Shown piece by piece: positions 19,388-29,672 of a stretch of DNA of 64,000 nucleotides (position 1 is its first letter; every line of letters starts with the position of its first letter). Under the pieces are notes generated by a model. That model ran no database searches and was not told where the DNA came from. It saw nothing but the letters and a program-made list of their open reading frames with translations. Source of the stretch: a virus; the IMG/VR virus record IMGVR_UViG_3300045007_000107, positions 37,702 to 101,701 of that record. One strand, given 5' to 3'. Both the position numbers and the translations under genes were made by a program.

Positions 19388-21510
19388 TCATCATCTCCGA
19401 CAAGCCCCCGACCAAACCGCCGCTCCGTAAAGTGCCCCCGCCCAAAAGGCGGGGTCCTGTCGTTGAGGCGACCGGTCTCAGCTTGCAGCCGTCTGCACGC
19501 CCGAAGGTCAGCCCGGCCGATACCGGGTTCTCTCTGGACGAGCGCACGCAAATGGTGCTCGATCAAATCCGCGAGGAAGCGGAATTCCTAGAGGATCGGG
19601 AGACGCGCGACCTCTGGCTCGACGGCTGCAACACCTTCGAACAGACCGGTGATATCGCCTCGCTCATCCAGCTTACAGCCTACCGTCGCAGGATCGTCCC
19701 CATTGACGAGTTCATGTACGGGCGGACCTATCTCGGGCTCAAGCGCGATGAGATCTATCCCGGCGTGATCGAAGCCTGCGAGGCTATCGACACCGACCAG
19801 TTTACCGAAGTCATCCTCAAGGGCGCGTTGGGCGGCGGTAAGACGACCATCGGCAACTTCATGCTGGCGCGCAGCCTTTACAAGATCTCCTGTATGCGGC
19901 ACCCGCAGTCGAGCTTCGGCATCAAGTCGGGATCGTCGCTGATCTTCACCATCCAATCGATCCGCAAGTCTACCGCGCAGAAGGCGGTGTTCGAAGAGTT
20001 CGGCGGCGTCATCAACAAGTCGCCCTACTTCAAGCGGACCTACCCGTACGATCCGCTGATCACGTCGAGCATGATCTTCCGTGAGCAGAACGTGACAATC
20101 ATGCCGGTCGCAACCTCGACCACGGGCGCCATTTCGATGAACGTCATCGGCGGCATCTTGGACGAGGTGAACTTCATGCAGAAGATCCTCAAGTCCACGT
20201 CGCAGCACGCCGACGACCAGGGCGCGTTCGATCAGGCGAAACAGATCTACCAGAACATCGCCCGCCGCCGTAAGTCCCGCTTCGCCAAGCACGGCAAGCT
20301 GCCGGGCATCCTGTTCCTGATCTCGTCCTCGCGCTTCCCCGACGACTTCACCGAGAAGAAAGCGGCCGAAGCTGCAATGTGCGGCGGCACCGACCCGACC
20401 ATCTATGTTTATTCGAAGGCGGTGTGGGAGTCCAAGGGTCGCGACAACTTCCTGCCTGAGAACTTCCGGGTGCAGGTTGGTAACGCCTCGCTGCGGTCCA
20501 AGATCCTCGAAGAGGGCGAAGCCTGCGATCCCGAGTGCCAGGAGCTTCACGTTCCGCTCGACTTCCTCGATGAGTTTAAGGACGATCTGGACGGGTGTAT
20601 TCGCGACTTCGCGGGCGTGTCTACGCTGTCTACCAATCCGTTCTTTACGAACCGCGACCGCATCAACGAGTGCATGAAGCTGGGAGCCGAGCATGGGTAC
20701 CAGAGCCCCTTCGACCTGGAAACATACGACTTCTCCCTTGGGATACCGCACCCCAATGTACACCGACTGCGAGCAGACATTGATGCTCCTCGCACAGTTC
20801 ACATCGATCTCGGCCTTAAGCGGGATGCTTGTGGGATCACTATTGCTCACCTTGCCGGCCAGAAGCTTGTTAAGAGAGTGGACCCCGTAAACGGCTACGA
20901 GGAGAGCCACCTGCTGCCGGTCATCGGCGTGGATTGCTCTCTTCGTGTTGTGCCGCCGAAGGGCGGGGAGATCCAGTTCGCGCATATCCGCAGCTTCATC
21001 CTCATGATGCGGGATCGTTACAAGATACCGATCAAGTGGGTCACGACGGACGGCTTCCAGAGCGTGGACACCCGCCAGATCCTCAAGACACAGGGGTTCC
21101 TTACCGACTACCGATCGGTCGAAGACTTGGAGTCCTATCGCAGCCTGCGCGACACGATCTATGAGCAACGGCTGTTGCTGCCGAACAATGAATTCCTCAA
21201 GCAGGAGTTGGCCGGTCTTGAGTACAAGCGAACTCCCACTAAAGATAAGATCGATCACCGTGCTAATGGCACTAAGGATATGGCTGACGGCCTCTGCGGC
21301 GCTGTTGCATTTCTGCTGGAAAGGAAAGCTGCCTGGATCGGGCTAGGTCCGGTGCCGCAGCGACACCCGATGCAGGGGCACAACAATCCGCCCTCAGACA
21401 CCGAGGTCGCACGCGACAACGCCCATCTCGCCGGCACCCAAGCCCAGGGGACTGTACGGCGTGCAACCATGCGAAAATCGGTATTTAGGCGACGTTCCGT
21501 GCGCAAATAG
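19384..21510 (+). CDS. terL: Terminase large subunit
   Basis: Walker A GALGGGKT, Walker B GILDE, RNase H-like IDLGLKRD, TDGFQS, KDMADG. Confidence 0.9.
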   Translation: MIIISDKPPTKPPLRKVPPPKRRGPVVEATGLSLQPSARPKVSPADTGFSLDERTQMVLDQIREEAEFLEDRETRDLWLDGCNTFEQTGDIASLIQLTAYRRRIVPIDEFMYGRTYLGLKRDEIYPGVIEACEAIDTDQFTEVILKGALGGGKTTIGNFMLARSLYKISCMRHPQSSFGIKSGSSLIFTIQSIRKSTAQKAVFEEFGGVINKSPYFKRTYPYDPLITSSMIFREQNVTIMPVATSTTGAISMNVIGGILDEVNFMQKILKSTSQHADDQGAFDQAKQIYQNIARRRKSRFAKHGKLPGILFLISSSRFPDDFTEKKAAEAAMCGGTDPTIYVYSKAVWESKGRDNFLPENFRVQVGNASLRSKILEEGEACDPECQELHVPLDFLDEFKDDLDGCIRDFAGVSTLSTNPFFTNRDRINECMKLGAEHGYQSPFDLETYDFSLGIPHPNVHRLRADIDAPRTVHIDLGLKRDACGITIAHLAGQKLVKRVDPVNGYEESHLLPVIGVDCSLRVVPPKGGEIQFAHIRSFILMMRDRYKIPIKWVTTDGFQSVDTRQILKTQGFLTDYRSVEDLESYRSLRDTIYEQRLLLPNNEFLKQELAGLEYKRTPTKDKIDHRANGTKDMADGLCGAVAFLLERKAAWIGLGPVPQRHPMQGHNNPPSDTEVARDNAHLAGTQAQGTVRRATMRKSVFRRRSVRK

Positions 21511-21511
21511 C

Positions 21512-21541
21512 TTGTACAAATAAAGTCCTCTATGCTATAAT
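21512..21541 (+). promoter_or_regulatory. Sigma70-like promoter
   Basis: TTGTAC-N18-TATAAT. Confidence 0.5.
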
Positions 21542-21609
21542 AGCCCCTGCCAGCAACAGCTTGCGGGGGCTTCTTTTATCGCCTCGCGAGTGACTTAGGG
21601 GCCGGTCTA

Positions 21610-22257
21610 ATGGTTCTACGCAAACTACCCGTGCAGCCGTCTGCACGACTTACGGAGTTCGAACTTTGCCCCACCCCTTACATGATCGGTTCGGACGATC
21701 CGAGCGTTATCTGGCGGGAGGCCGTCCACGGTCTCTTCGCTCACCTCTGCCGCTACTTCGAACCTGACAAAACCTACGGTGAATTCGAGGTCGCTCAACG
21801 TCTCGACGTTCACCGCATCATCGCCGACGAATGGCTTACGGCGATGGTTCGGCTCGAATTGATCGAACCTATACCGGTCAAGCATCGCGTCGATCCGTTC
21901 ATGCAGTGCCTCGCCTTCCGTATCCCCAAGGCGCAGCATGTCGGCAAGAAAATCAGGGTCGAGATCGAATACGGGGACCTACGCGAGTACGACCCGTGGA
22001 CGGATCGGCAGTACGACGATCAGCTAGTCGAGGCACACTGGCCGGAGCGCTACTGCGACAAGTATTTCAACGCACACCATCATGAGTATTACCTGATCAC
22101 AGGGCGGTCGCGTAAACGCCCTGACGGAACCATCTTCGTGCCTTTGCCGGCGGATAGGGCGGGGCTTCCTCCCCTCCGTACGCGCAAGGACCCCGTTAAA
22201 CCCGAAGAGAGACAGGTCTATGCCAAAGCAAACAGCCTCGACCTCTCGGAATACTAG
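21610..22257 (+). CDS. Hypothetical protein with wHTH-like segment
   Basis: EFEVAQRLDVHRIIADEWLTAMVRLELI. Confidence 0.6.
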   Translation: MVLRKLPVQPSARLTEFELCPTPYMIGSDDPSVIWREAVHGLFAHLCRYFEPDKTYGEFEVAQRLDVHRIIADEWLTAMVRLELIEPIPVKHRVDPFMQCLAFRIPKAQHVGKKIRVEIEYGDLREYDPWTDRQYDDQLVEAHWPERYCDKYFNAHHHEYYLITGRSRKRPDGTIFVPLPADRAGLPPLRTRKDPVKPEERQVYAKANSLDLSEY

Positions 22258-22371
22258 GTTTCCGTTGTTGCGTACGATCCTCCTGGGTCTGCTATGCGCT
22301 GCTCTGGTAATCGGTGCGTTCTGGATTGGTACGAGTATCTATCTCTGGTACTTGCTGTCGTTGGTCGTGCC

Positions 22372-23252
22372 ATGATGGAAGCCCTACAATCCATCATCGA
22401 TCCTGCCACGGGCTACAGTTTGGTGATATGGGCTGTCGCCTCTGCGCTGATAGTTATTCATGCAATCTGGAAGTTCGTCCGTAACTGTATGCTCGCGCGG
22501 CGGGAGCGGGCAAGGGAGGAAGAGGAGGTCCGCGTCCGCACCCGAAACCGGATGCGTCGGCAGCTAGAGGTAGAAAGCCTTGAGCGTGCGCTCGCTTCGG
22601 GGCCTTCGTCTGTGCATACAGGGATCGAACCTCCGCTAGACCCACCGTTAGGGACAAGTTGGGTCGATCCACGGACGGGCTACCTGTTCGTACACGTGCG
22701 TCCTCGCTTCTGGCGGTCTGTTTCGGGCCAAACCGAGGACTTCTACGACCGGCGCCCACCCGAAGGGTTCCCGAGAGTGAGCGTAGCCTCCGAACTAGCG
22801 CGCATCACCACAAGGCCCAAGCCCTTGCAGCCGGCTGCAAGCAAAGTCGAGGAACCGTTCTCGCTCAAGCGGCGAGTACGCATCAAAGCACCTACAACGC
22901 TGAAACGCAATGCGATACCCTTACGGAAACTTCGGATGCCCGACTAATGGCGATAGCCCAGCGCAAGCGACTTCCCGACGTGCGAGAGTACGTCAAAGCC
23001 GGCGTCAAGCCGCACCAGCTACCGGGGCTCCTCGCCGAGTATTCGATGGATGAGTACCTCAACTTCTGCCAGCGGTTCCGGCTCTGGTTTCCCGACAATC
23101 TGGAATACTACATCCGGTCCACGTACGGACTAATGGAATACCTCAAGAAGCACGACCGTCTCGACGCCGAAGAGAAAACCTACTGGCTCGGGCGGATCGT
23201 GTCATACAAGCGGATGCTTTGGAGAGTACGTAATGGCCTTGACCCATACTGA
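22372..23252 (+). other. Two hypothetical genes (22372-22947 single-TM; 22947-23252)
   Basis: TAATG coupling. Confidence 0.55.
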
Positions 23253-23781
23253 CCTACGGTCGGATGCCTTGCTCAAGGAACAGGGCTTTACCGCCGAAGA
23301 CATCGAGTTTATGCACGAACTGGCACAAGCCTACTGGACCTATCTTGTCGAGTACGACGAAGCCGAACAAAAGCGGGATTGGGACGCGCACAACCGGCTT
23401 GAGGGCGTCATCCAAGTGACCGAGTTCCAGCTTCTTTATCGCGGGCTCCACCCTCGCGAGATTCCCTTCGACGCACTTGTCGCGATCACCCGTGCTCCCC
23501 TGGACGGTCGCGGCGACGTAGCGGACCAGATCACCGCCAAGTACAAAGAACGCATCCACAACCCCGCGACCGCGATGCGGGCGAACTGCGTGGTTTGCAT
23601 GGGCGGCTCAACCGCTGAAATTCGACGCTGTGGCGCGGTCAACTGCCCGCAGTGGCCTTTCCGCCTCGGAACTAACCCTCTCCGTAATGCCATACTGCCG
23701 CCTGTAGCACTCACGGTCATTGAGGACGACGACGTTCTCGATATCGATGAGTCCACGGACAGCGGCGACGCAAGCGAGTAA
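23233..23781 (+). CDS. Cys4 zinc-finger protein, paralog 1
   Basis: AMRANCVVCMGG...CGAVNCPQWPFRLGTNP. Confidence 0.7.
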   Translation: MALTHTDLRSDALLKEQGFTAEDIEFMHELAQAYWTYLVEYDEAEQKRDWDAHNRLEGVIQVTEFQLLYRGLHPREIPFDALVAITRAPLDGRGDVADQITAKYKERIHNPATAMRANCVVCMGGSTAEIRRCGAVNCPQWPFRLGTNPLRNAILPPVALTVIEDDDVLDIDESTDSGDASE

Positions 23782-23784
23782 GTG

Positions 23785-24174
23785 ATGCCTATTCAACGTC
23801 GCACCGTCGATCCGAACGCTATACCTGTCGTCGTCGCCAAGAAGGAATACACCCCCGATTCAAAGGCGCGGCTGCGGCATGTGCCGAAGCAGAACCTCCG
23901 TACCGCCGCCTTTGTCGGACTCGGTGCGAACGAGGAACCAAAGCTGATCTCGATTGACGACATCGCGACCTGTCTGCGCCTCGCCAACAACCCCGGCTGG
24001 CACACCGAGGAAGCCACGCGTAATCGGATCAAAGGGCGCTTGAGCGCGATCCGTGCTTTCTGTATCCTTTGTGCTGACGGCCCGAAGGGTGCGCGCATGT
24101 GCCCGCAAGTTACCTGCCCCCTGTGGGCCTTCCGAATGGGGACCAACCCCTTCCATCGCAAAGGCAAGAAGTAA
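23785..24174 (+). CDS. Cys4 zinc-finger protein, paralog 2
   Basis: AIRAFCILCADG...CPQVTCPLWAFRMGTNP. Confidence 0.7.
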   Translation: MPIQRRTVDPNAIPVVVAKKEYTPDSKARLRHVPKQNLRTAAFVGLGANEEPKLISIDDIATCLRLANNPGWHTEEATRNRIKGRLSAIRAFCILCADGPKGARMCPQVTCPLWAFRMGTNPFHRKGKK

Positions 24175-24658
24175 TGACGCTCCCCGGCTACAAGCACACC
24201 GGCATCTGCTCGACCTACGAAAGGCTGATCACGATGTACGGGCACCAGAAGTTCCCGCAAAACCCCGATGATGGCACGCGTGTGGACGACCATCACGGCG
24301 TCTGGATCTACAGCGAGGCCGAGGGGGTGTGGTGGTACTTCGAGCCGAAAACGAAGGAAGCAGCGTAATGGCGCAATACGAAGACGATATCGAGTTCTGG
24401 CGGGAGCACGCCATCCCGCAATTCGCCGTAGCTCAAGAGATGTGTCGGCAAGGCTCGTGGAAAATCGAGCACGATACGGGCAAGCTCCAATACGACCTGC
24501 TCTATGGCGGTGATTTGATCTATCCTGGCTACATGGTTATGATCATCGAGAGGGGCGGGATCACCCGTACCGGTATGATCGTCAAGCGGCAACACCTGGG
24601 CGGGGACGTGTGGCGGTTCTACGTGGACTTGCCTCCGCTGGATAATAAAGACGGATAG
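24174..24658 (+). other. Two small hypothetical genes (24174-24368, 24368-24658)
   Basis: TAATG coupling. Confidence 0.55.
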
Positions 24659-24714
24659 GTTCACTTGCAGCCGTCTGCAAACTACGATGGTTCCCGGATT
24701 TCCTGGGGATCATC

Positions 24715-26559
24715 ATGCCGCTCCGCAAACTGCATCCAACCAAGCAAGTAAAGGCTGCACGCCGCGCCGGTCGCGTGAGCAATGCCCGCCTTATCGAGGT
24801 CGAGCGCAAGGGCGTTACCGCCCCGTTCGATGAGTTCATCGAGAAGGCCGCCGACCTGAATTCGCAACAGGTCTCCGACCCCTTCACAAGCTGGTACGGC
24901 CACAACACGGCCGGTCTCAACCTGAACCCGGTACAGCCGGTGTTCTCGTTCGACCGCCTCGCGTTCATGGTCACGCAGTCGAACATCCTGCGTCAGTGCA
25001 TCGAGGCGTACGTCGTTAACATCGAGTCCTACGGTCATACGCTCGAATATATCGGGCCGGAGGGCCAAGAGGACAGCGAGGACGCCAAGAGCGAGAAGGC
25101 GCGGCTCGAAGCGTTCCTGTCCTCGTGCTCGGCCACCTCCTCCCTACGCGAGATGCGCGAGCGCGCCCGCTGGGATCAAGAGACCCTAGGCAACAAAGCA
25201 TTCGAGATCGGCCGCAACCTCACCGACGAGGTTGTGATGATGGAGCACGTGCCGTTCAACACCCTGCGGCGTACCAAGCAGGAAGAGGACGCTATCGAAG
25301 TCGTCGTCTCGGTGCCGAACCCGGCCGATCCTTCCGAGATGGTCACGCGCATCGTGCGTCGTCGCTTCTGCCGCTGGGTGCAGACGAAGAACGGCGGAAC
25401 CGAAAAGGTCTACTTCAAGGAATTCGGCGACCCGCGCCCCATCGATCCGAAGACCGGCCTCGTGAACCCCGGCCTCCCCTTCGAGCGGCAGGCGACGGAG
25501 ATCCTCGCGTTCTCGCTCTACACGCCGGGATCGTTCTACGGTCTCCCGCGCTGGATCGGACAGATCAAGTCGATCATGGGTTCGTCCGAGAGCGAGTTGG
25601 TCAACCTCAACTTCTTCAAGGACAACGCGATCCCCGCGATGGCTGTGCTCGTTTCGGGCGGCGCGCTCACGCAGGAAAGCTTCGACGTGATCGAGAGCTA
25701 CCTTACCGCCGTGACCGGCGTGAAGGCGATGCAGCGCATCATGGTGCTTGAGGCGACGGCCGACGAGAGTAGCGGATCGGTGGATCACGCGACTGCCGCC
25801 CCGAAGATCGACATGAAGCCGATGATCAGTGAGCGGCAGCAGGACGGTCTCTTTCAGGACTACGACCAGAAGAACCAGGGCAAGGTCCGTTCGGCCTTCC
25901 GTCTGCCGCCGATCTATACCGGACGCGCCGAGGACTACACCCGCGCGTCCGCGTACGCATCGATGTTGACTGCGGAGAACCAGATCTTCATCCCTGAGCG
26001 TCAAGCGTTCGATGACATCATGAACACGCGCATCCTGCGCACCTACAATCCGAGGTTCTGGCGCTACAAGTCCAACGGCGCCCCGATCACCGACAGCGAC
26101 AGCCTGTCGAAGATGATGTCTTCGTTCGAAGCCTCGGGCGCTCTCACCCCGAATGTGGCGATCAAGATCGCGAACAAGGTGCTCGGCGTGGACATCAAGC
26201 CCGTGGTCGAGTCGTGGGGCGACTACCCCTTCGCGATCATCGAAGGCTACATCCAGCAGGGTCGCGAGATCGACGGTCTCAACGAATTCCTTGTCGAGAT
26301 GGAAACGGCGGCAACCGCGCCAACGGCCCCGCCAGCGGCGAACGGCAACGCCAGCGGCTCCGGTACCGGGGGCAACGCCGCGCCCGCCCGTGCGCCCGTA
26401 GCGGCCCGCAAACGGGCACCTCTCCGCAAACTTGCGTCGCCGGAAAAGCGCCAGCTTCACAACATGATCCGCAAAGAAATGCAAATAATTGTCAGCGACC
26501 TTCGCAATGAGTTACAACAATCCTTGCAGACAGATGCAAGCGAGCGTGTTGCCGCATGA
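24715..26559 (+). CDS. Portal protein (PBSX XkdE-like)
   Basis: YGLPRW, NLNFFKDNAIP, VRSAFRLPPIYTG, YTRASA motifs; position after TerL. Confidence 0.88.
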   Translation: MPLRKLHPTKQVKAARRAGRVSNARLIEVERKGVTAPFDEFIEKAADLNSQQVSDPFTSWYGHNTAGLNLNPVQPVFSFDRLAFMVTQSNILRQCIEAYVVNIESYGHTLEYIGPEGQEDSEDAKSEKARLEAFLSSCSATSSLREMRERARWDQETLGNKAFEIGRNLTDEVVMMEHVPFNTLRRTKQEEDAIEVVVSVPNPADPSEMVTRIVRRRFCRWVQTKNGGTEKVYFKEFGDPRPIDPKTGLVNPGLPFERQATEILAFSLYTPGSFYGLPRWIGQIKSIMGSSESELVNLNFFKDNAIPAMAVLVSGGALTQESFDVIESYLTAVTGVKAMQRIMVLEATADESSGSVDHATAAPKIDMKPMISERQQDGLFQDYDQKNQGKVRSAFRLPPIYTGRAEDYTRASAYASMLTAENQIFIPERQAFDDIMNTRILRTYNPRFWRYKSNGAPITDSDSLSKMMSSFEASGALTPNVAIKIANKVLGVDIKPVVESWGDYPFAIIEGYIQQGREIDGLNEFLVEMETAATAPTAPPAANGNASGSGTGGNAAPARAPVAARKRAPLRKLASPEKRQLHNMIRKEMQIIVSDLRNELQQSLQTDASERVAA

Positions 26560-27179
26560 AACCGCAGGAGCTACTTCGAAAGTTCACGTCAGGGGGCGCA
26601 CGCCCCCGTACGCGTTTTGACGTGAGCATCAAGAAGCTCGATGCCGACGAGCAGGTTGTTTACGGCGAAGTCTACGCGCCGAACCTGATCGACAGCCACG
26701 GCGACATGATGCTCGCGGAAGACGTGCGGCTTATGGCCCATCGCTTCATGATGTCGGGTCTCAACGACCAGATCGACATCATGCACGACAACAAGGTCAT
26801 TAAGGCCGCCGCCATCGAGAGTTGGATCGCGGGCGACGATGACGCGGTCTACAATCCCGGCGCCTGGGTCGTGGGCGTCAAGATCGCCGACAGCAAGGTC
26901 TGGCAGAAGATCAAGCGCGGTGACTATGCCGGGTACTCCATCGAAGCAATGGTCAACAAGCAGGAGGCCATTGTCGAGGTGCAACACTTCAAGCACATGT
27001 TCCTCTACAGCGAGGAGCACGACGGGCACGATCACGCTGTCTTCGTGACCCTGGACGAGAATGGGCGTGTGACGGGTGGCCGCACGTCCAAGGCAGCGGA
27101 TGGTCATTGGCACAAGATCCGCTACGGTACCAAGACCGCCACTACCAACGGACACAGCCATCGGTATGTACTCCCATGA
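26556..27179 (+). CDS. XkdF-like prohead serine protease with His-rich C-terminal extension
   Basis: EQVVYGEVYAPNLIDSHGD, IDIMHD, ESWIA, GAWVVGVKI, W.KIK.G.Y.GYSI. Confidence 0.82.
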   Translation: MKPQELLRKFTSGGARPRTRFDVSIKKLDADEQVVYGEVYAPNLIDSHGDMMLAEDVRLMAHRFMMSGLNDQIDIMHDNKVIKAAAIESWIAGDDDAVYNPGAWVVGVKIADSKVWQKIKRGDYAGYSIEAMVNKQEAIVEVQHFKHMFLYSEEHDGHDHAVFVTLDENGRVTGGRTSKAADGHWHKIRYGTKTATTNGHSHRYVLP

Positions 27180-28588
27180 GGCAAGAGCCTAAGACGCAAA
27201 AAATCAAAGTAAGCTTGCTGCGGAACCCCAATCCGCAGTTTATTTCCATAGTAGACCACGGGGCGAACCAAACTCCGTGGAACGTCGTCAAGCGTGCGGT
27301 GCCCTCAAAGGGAAGCGCACCCAAGGAAGGAGCGAAGAAAATGGCTTTGCGCAAGATCACGCCGGCCAAGAAGGGTGAGCAGACCAAGACGGCCAAGCGC
27401 GAGGCGTCGGTCCGCAAGCTCACATTCAGCCAGGAGCATTTCGAGGACCAAGAGGCCGTCGAGAAGTGGCTGGAAGAGAACGACTGGAAGGACTTCGTCA
27501 TCACCGAGGACGATGATCACTTCGTCGTCGCCACCAAGGGCGTGAAGGACGAGGACTTCGAGCGCATCAACGAGATCGAGACCGACACGGTCGGCGTCGT
27601 CGGCTACGTCGGCCAGCTCACCGAGGAAGCTGTCGCCAAGCGCGCCAAGAAGGCCGCCAAGGCGAAGAAGGCCGGCGGCAAGGGCGATCAGCCCGACGAT
27701 GCCAACGACGAGGCCGAGGGCGAGGACGCCGACGAGGACGCCGAGGGCGACGAGGACGAAGAGTCCGAGGGCGAGGACGGCGAAGGCGACGACGATCAGG
27801 AGACCGTGCGCGCCGTCAAGGTCGATTGGTACGACATGTACGTGTCGAACGGTCAGACCGTGAAGGACGTGCTCGATGACGGCATGTCCGATGGTCTGCC
27901 GCCCGGCACCGAGACCATCATGTCGGCCGTGCTCTACGCCGTCAAGAACGTGCTCGGCTCCGGCCAGGACAGCGCCGCCAAGCGCGCCGCCCTCAACGGC
28001 ATCGGCGCCGAGATGGCCGAGATCGTCGGCACCGTCGATGACGTGTTCGCTGCCGCCCTCAAGCAAGCGAGCGCGAAGAAGACGGCGAGCGTCAAGTCCT
28101 TCGTCAAGACGTGGAAGGCGGACATCGAGAACAACCCCGATCCCGACGAGGAGGACGAGAACGAGGACGAAGGCGAGGACGAGACCGAGACGCAGGAGCA
28201 GCAGAAGCCCGCTCCGAAGGCGGCCAAGACCAAGAAGGGCGACGTGCAGCCGTCTGCAAGCCAGGGGCTCGACCCGTCCGTCATCGCGGCGGCCATCGGC
28301 AAGAGCGTCGGTGTCGCGGTCAAGGACGCCATGAAGCCGGTGCAGAACCGCCTCGGCGAGATCGGCAAGGAAATGAAGTCCCTCGCCGAGAAGACCGACA
28401 AGGCGACCAAGGCGGCGGCCACGGCCAACGCGTCCATCGACCGGATCGCCAAGCGGTCGCAGTTCTCGCAGTCGTCCAGCGAGGACGCCTCGCGGAACAT
28501 CTCCAAGACGCGCAAGAACGGCGGCGAGGACGATGCGCGCGAGCGCTCCCGCTTCGTGTCGGGCCTGCTCGGCATCCCGACCACGTAA
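27176..28588 (+). CDS. Scaffold-like acidic protein (possible second in-frame start at 27341)
   Basis: Acidic and coiled-coil; lies between protease and capsid; N-terminal ISIVDHGAN; internal AAGGAG RBS. Confidence 0.7.
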   Translation: MRQEPKTQKIKVSLLRNPNPQFISIVDHGANQTPWNVVKRAVPSKGSAPKEGAKKMALRKITPAKKGEQTKTAKREASVRKLTFSQEHFEDQEAVEKWLEENDWKDFVITEDDDHFVVATKGVKDEDFERINEIETDTVGVVGYVGQLTEEAVAKRAKKAAKAKKAGGKGDQPDDANDEAEGEDADEDAEGDEDEESEGEDGEGDDDQETVRAVKVDWYDMYVSNGQTVKDVLDDGMSDGLPPGTETIMSAVLYAVKNVLGSGQDSAAKRAALNGIGAEMAEIVGTVDDVFAAALKQASAKKTASVKSFVKTWKADIENNPDPDEEDENEDEGEDETETQEQQKPAPKAAKTKKGDVQPSASQGLDPSVIAAAIGKSVGVAVKDAMKPVQNRLGEIGKEMKSLAEKTDKATKAAATANASIDRIAKRSQFSQSSSEDASRNISKTRKNGGEDDARERSRFVSGLLGIPTT

Positions 28589-28655
28589 TACAGGTTCCAC
28601 CCCACCGTCGCCCTAGGGCGTCACCAACCGAAAGCCCATCAGGAGTAGTTAGGTT

Positions 28656-29606
28656 ATGACCGAGAGCGAACTCATCCGCCGCGCCGACACCGCCTTGGCC
28701 GATCTGGCCGGCAGCGGTCTCATGCAGCCGCAGCAGTCCCAGCGTTTCGTCCGCAAGGTCATGGACTCGGCCCGCATCTCCAAGGATGCGCGGTACGTGA
28801 ACATGAAAACGAACACGATGGAGATCAACAAGATCGGTCTCGGCCAGCGCGTCCTCCGTGCGGCCAACCAGGGCACGATCTCTTCGCCCCGCGCCGGCGA
28901 GGAAGGTACCCGTGCGCTGGCCCGTGCCGACCGCGTGCGGATCGCGACCGAGAAGGTGACCCTCACCACGTCCGAGGTGATCGCCGAACTCGATCTGCCG
29001 TACGAGGTGCTCGAAGACGCCATCGAGGGCGGCGACATCGACACCAACCAGTTCCAGCAGACCGTTCTGGACCTTCTGGCCCAGCGCGTCGCGCTCGATC
29101 TGGAAGAGATGGTGATCGCGTCCGACCGCACGTCGAGCGACAGCTTCCTCAAGCTGCAAGACGGCCTGCTCAAGCTGGTGCAGTCGAACATCGTGAACCA
29201 GGGCGGCGATCCGATGGACCCGCAACTGTTCGCGAACATGATCAAGGCCCTGCCGGATCGGTACCAGAACCTCCTCTCGCAGATGCGGATCTATCTGGCC
29301 CGCACGAAGGAGATCGACTACCGCATGGCCGTGGCTCAGCGTCAGACCGCGCTCGGCGACAGCATCCTCACCGGGCAGGCGCCCGTGTCGGCCCTCGGCG
29401 TTCCCATGGCCTCGACCGCCTACATGCCGAACTCGACCGCCATCATGATGGTGCCGTCGAACCTCATCATCGGCGTGCAGCGCGGCCTGCGCATGGAGTT
29501 CGACAAGGACATCCGTGAGCGCGCCTTCATCATGGTTCTGACCATGCGCCTCGGCATCGCCGTCGAGGAAGAAGACATGATGGTCAAGGCCATCAACATC
29601 GGCTAA
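28656..29606 (+). CDS. Major capsid protein (HK97 fold, XkdG-like)
   Basis: GLMQPQQSQRF, LPYEVLEDAIEG, LKLQDGLLK, MIKALPDRY; strong RBS and codon bias. Confidence 0.88.
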   Translation: MTESELIRRADTALADLAGSGLMQPQQSQRFVRKVMDSARISKDARYVNMKTNTMEINKIGLGQRVLRAANQGTISSPRAGEEGTRALARADRVRIATEKVTLTTSEVIAELDLPYEVLEDAIEGGDIDTNQFQQTVLDLLAQRVALDLEEMVIASDRTSSDSFLKLQDGLLKLVQSNIVNQGGDPMDPQLFANMIKALPDRYQNLLSQMRIYLARTKEIDYRMAVAQRQTALGDSILTGQAPVSALGVPMASTAYMPNSTAIMMVPSNLIIGVQRGLRMEFDKDIRERAFIMVLTMRLGIAVEEEDMMVKAINIG

Positions 29607-29672
29607 GATAGCCGGGTCTACTGATACTGCCTTGCCACGGCGTATCGCAATCTAATGAGGATTATCTGAGCT

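Noticed and set aside
19588-21258. Long antisense ORFs (also 25186-26484, 27305-28600, 32282-33955, 43867-45672, 54281-55342)
   Set aside because: Shadows of GC3-biased sense genes, with no RBS or motifs
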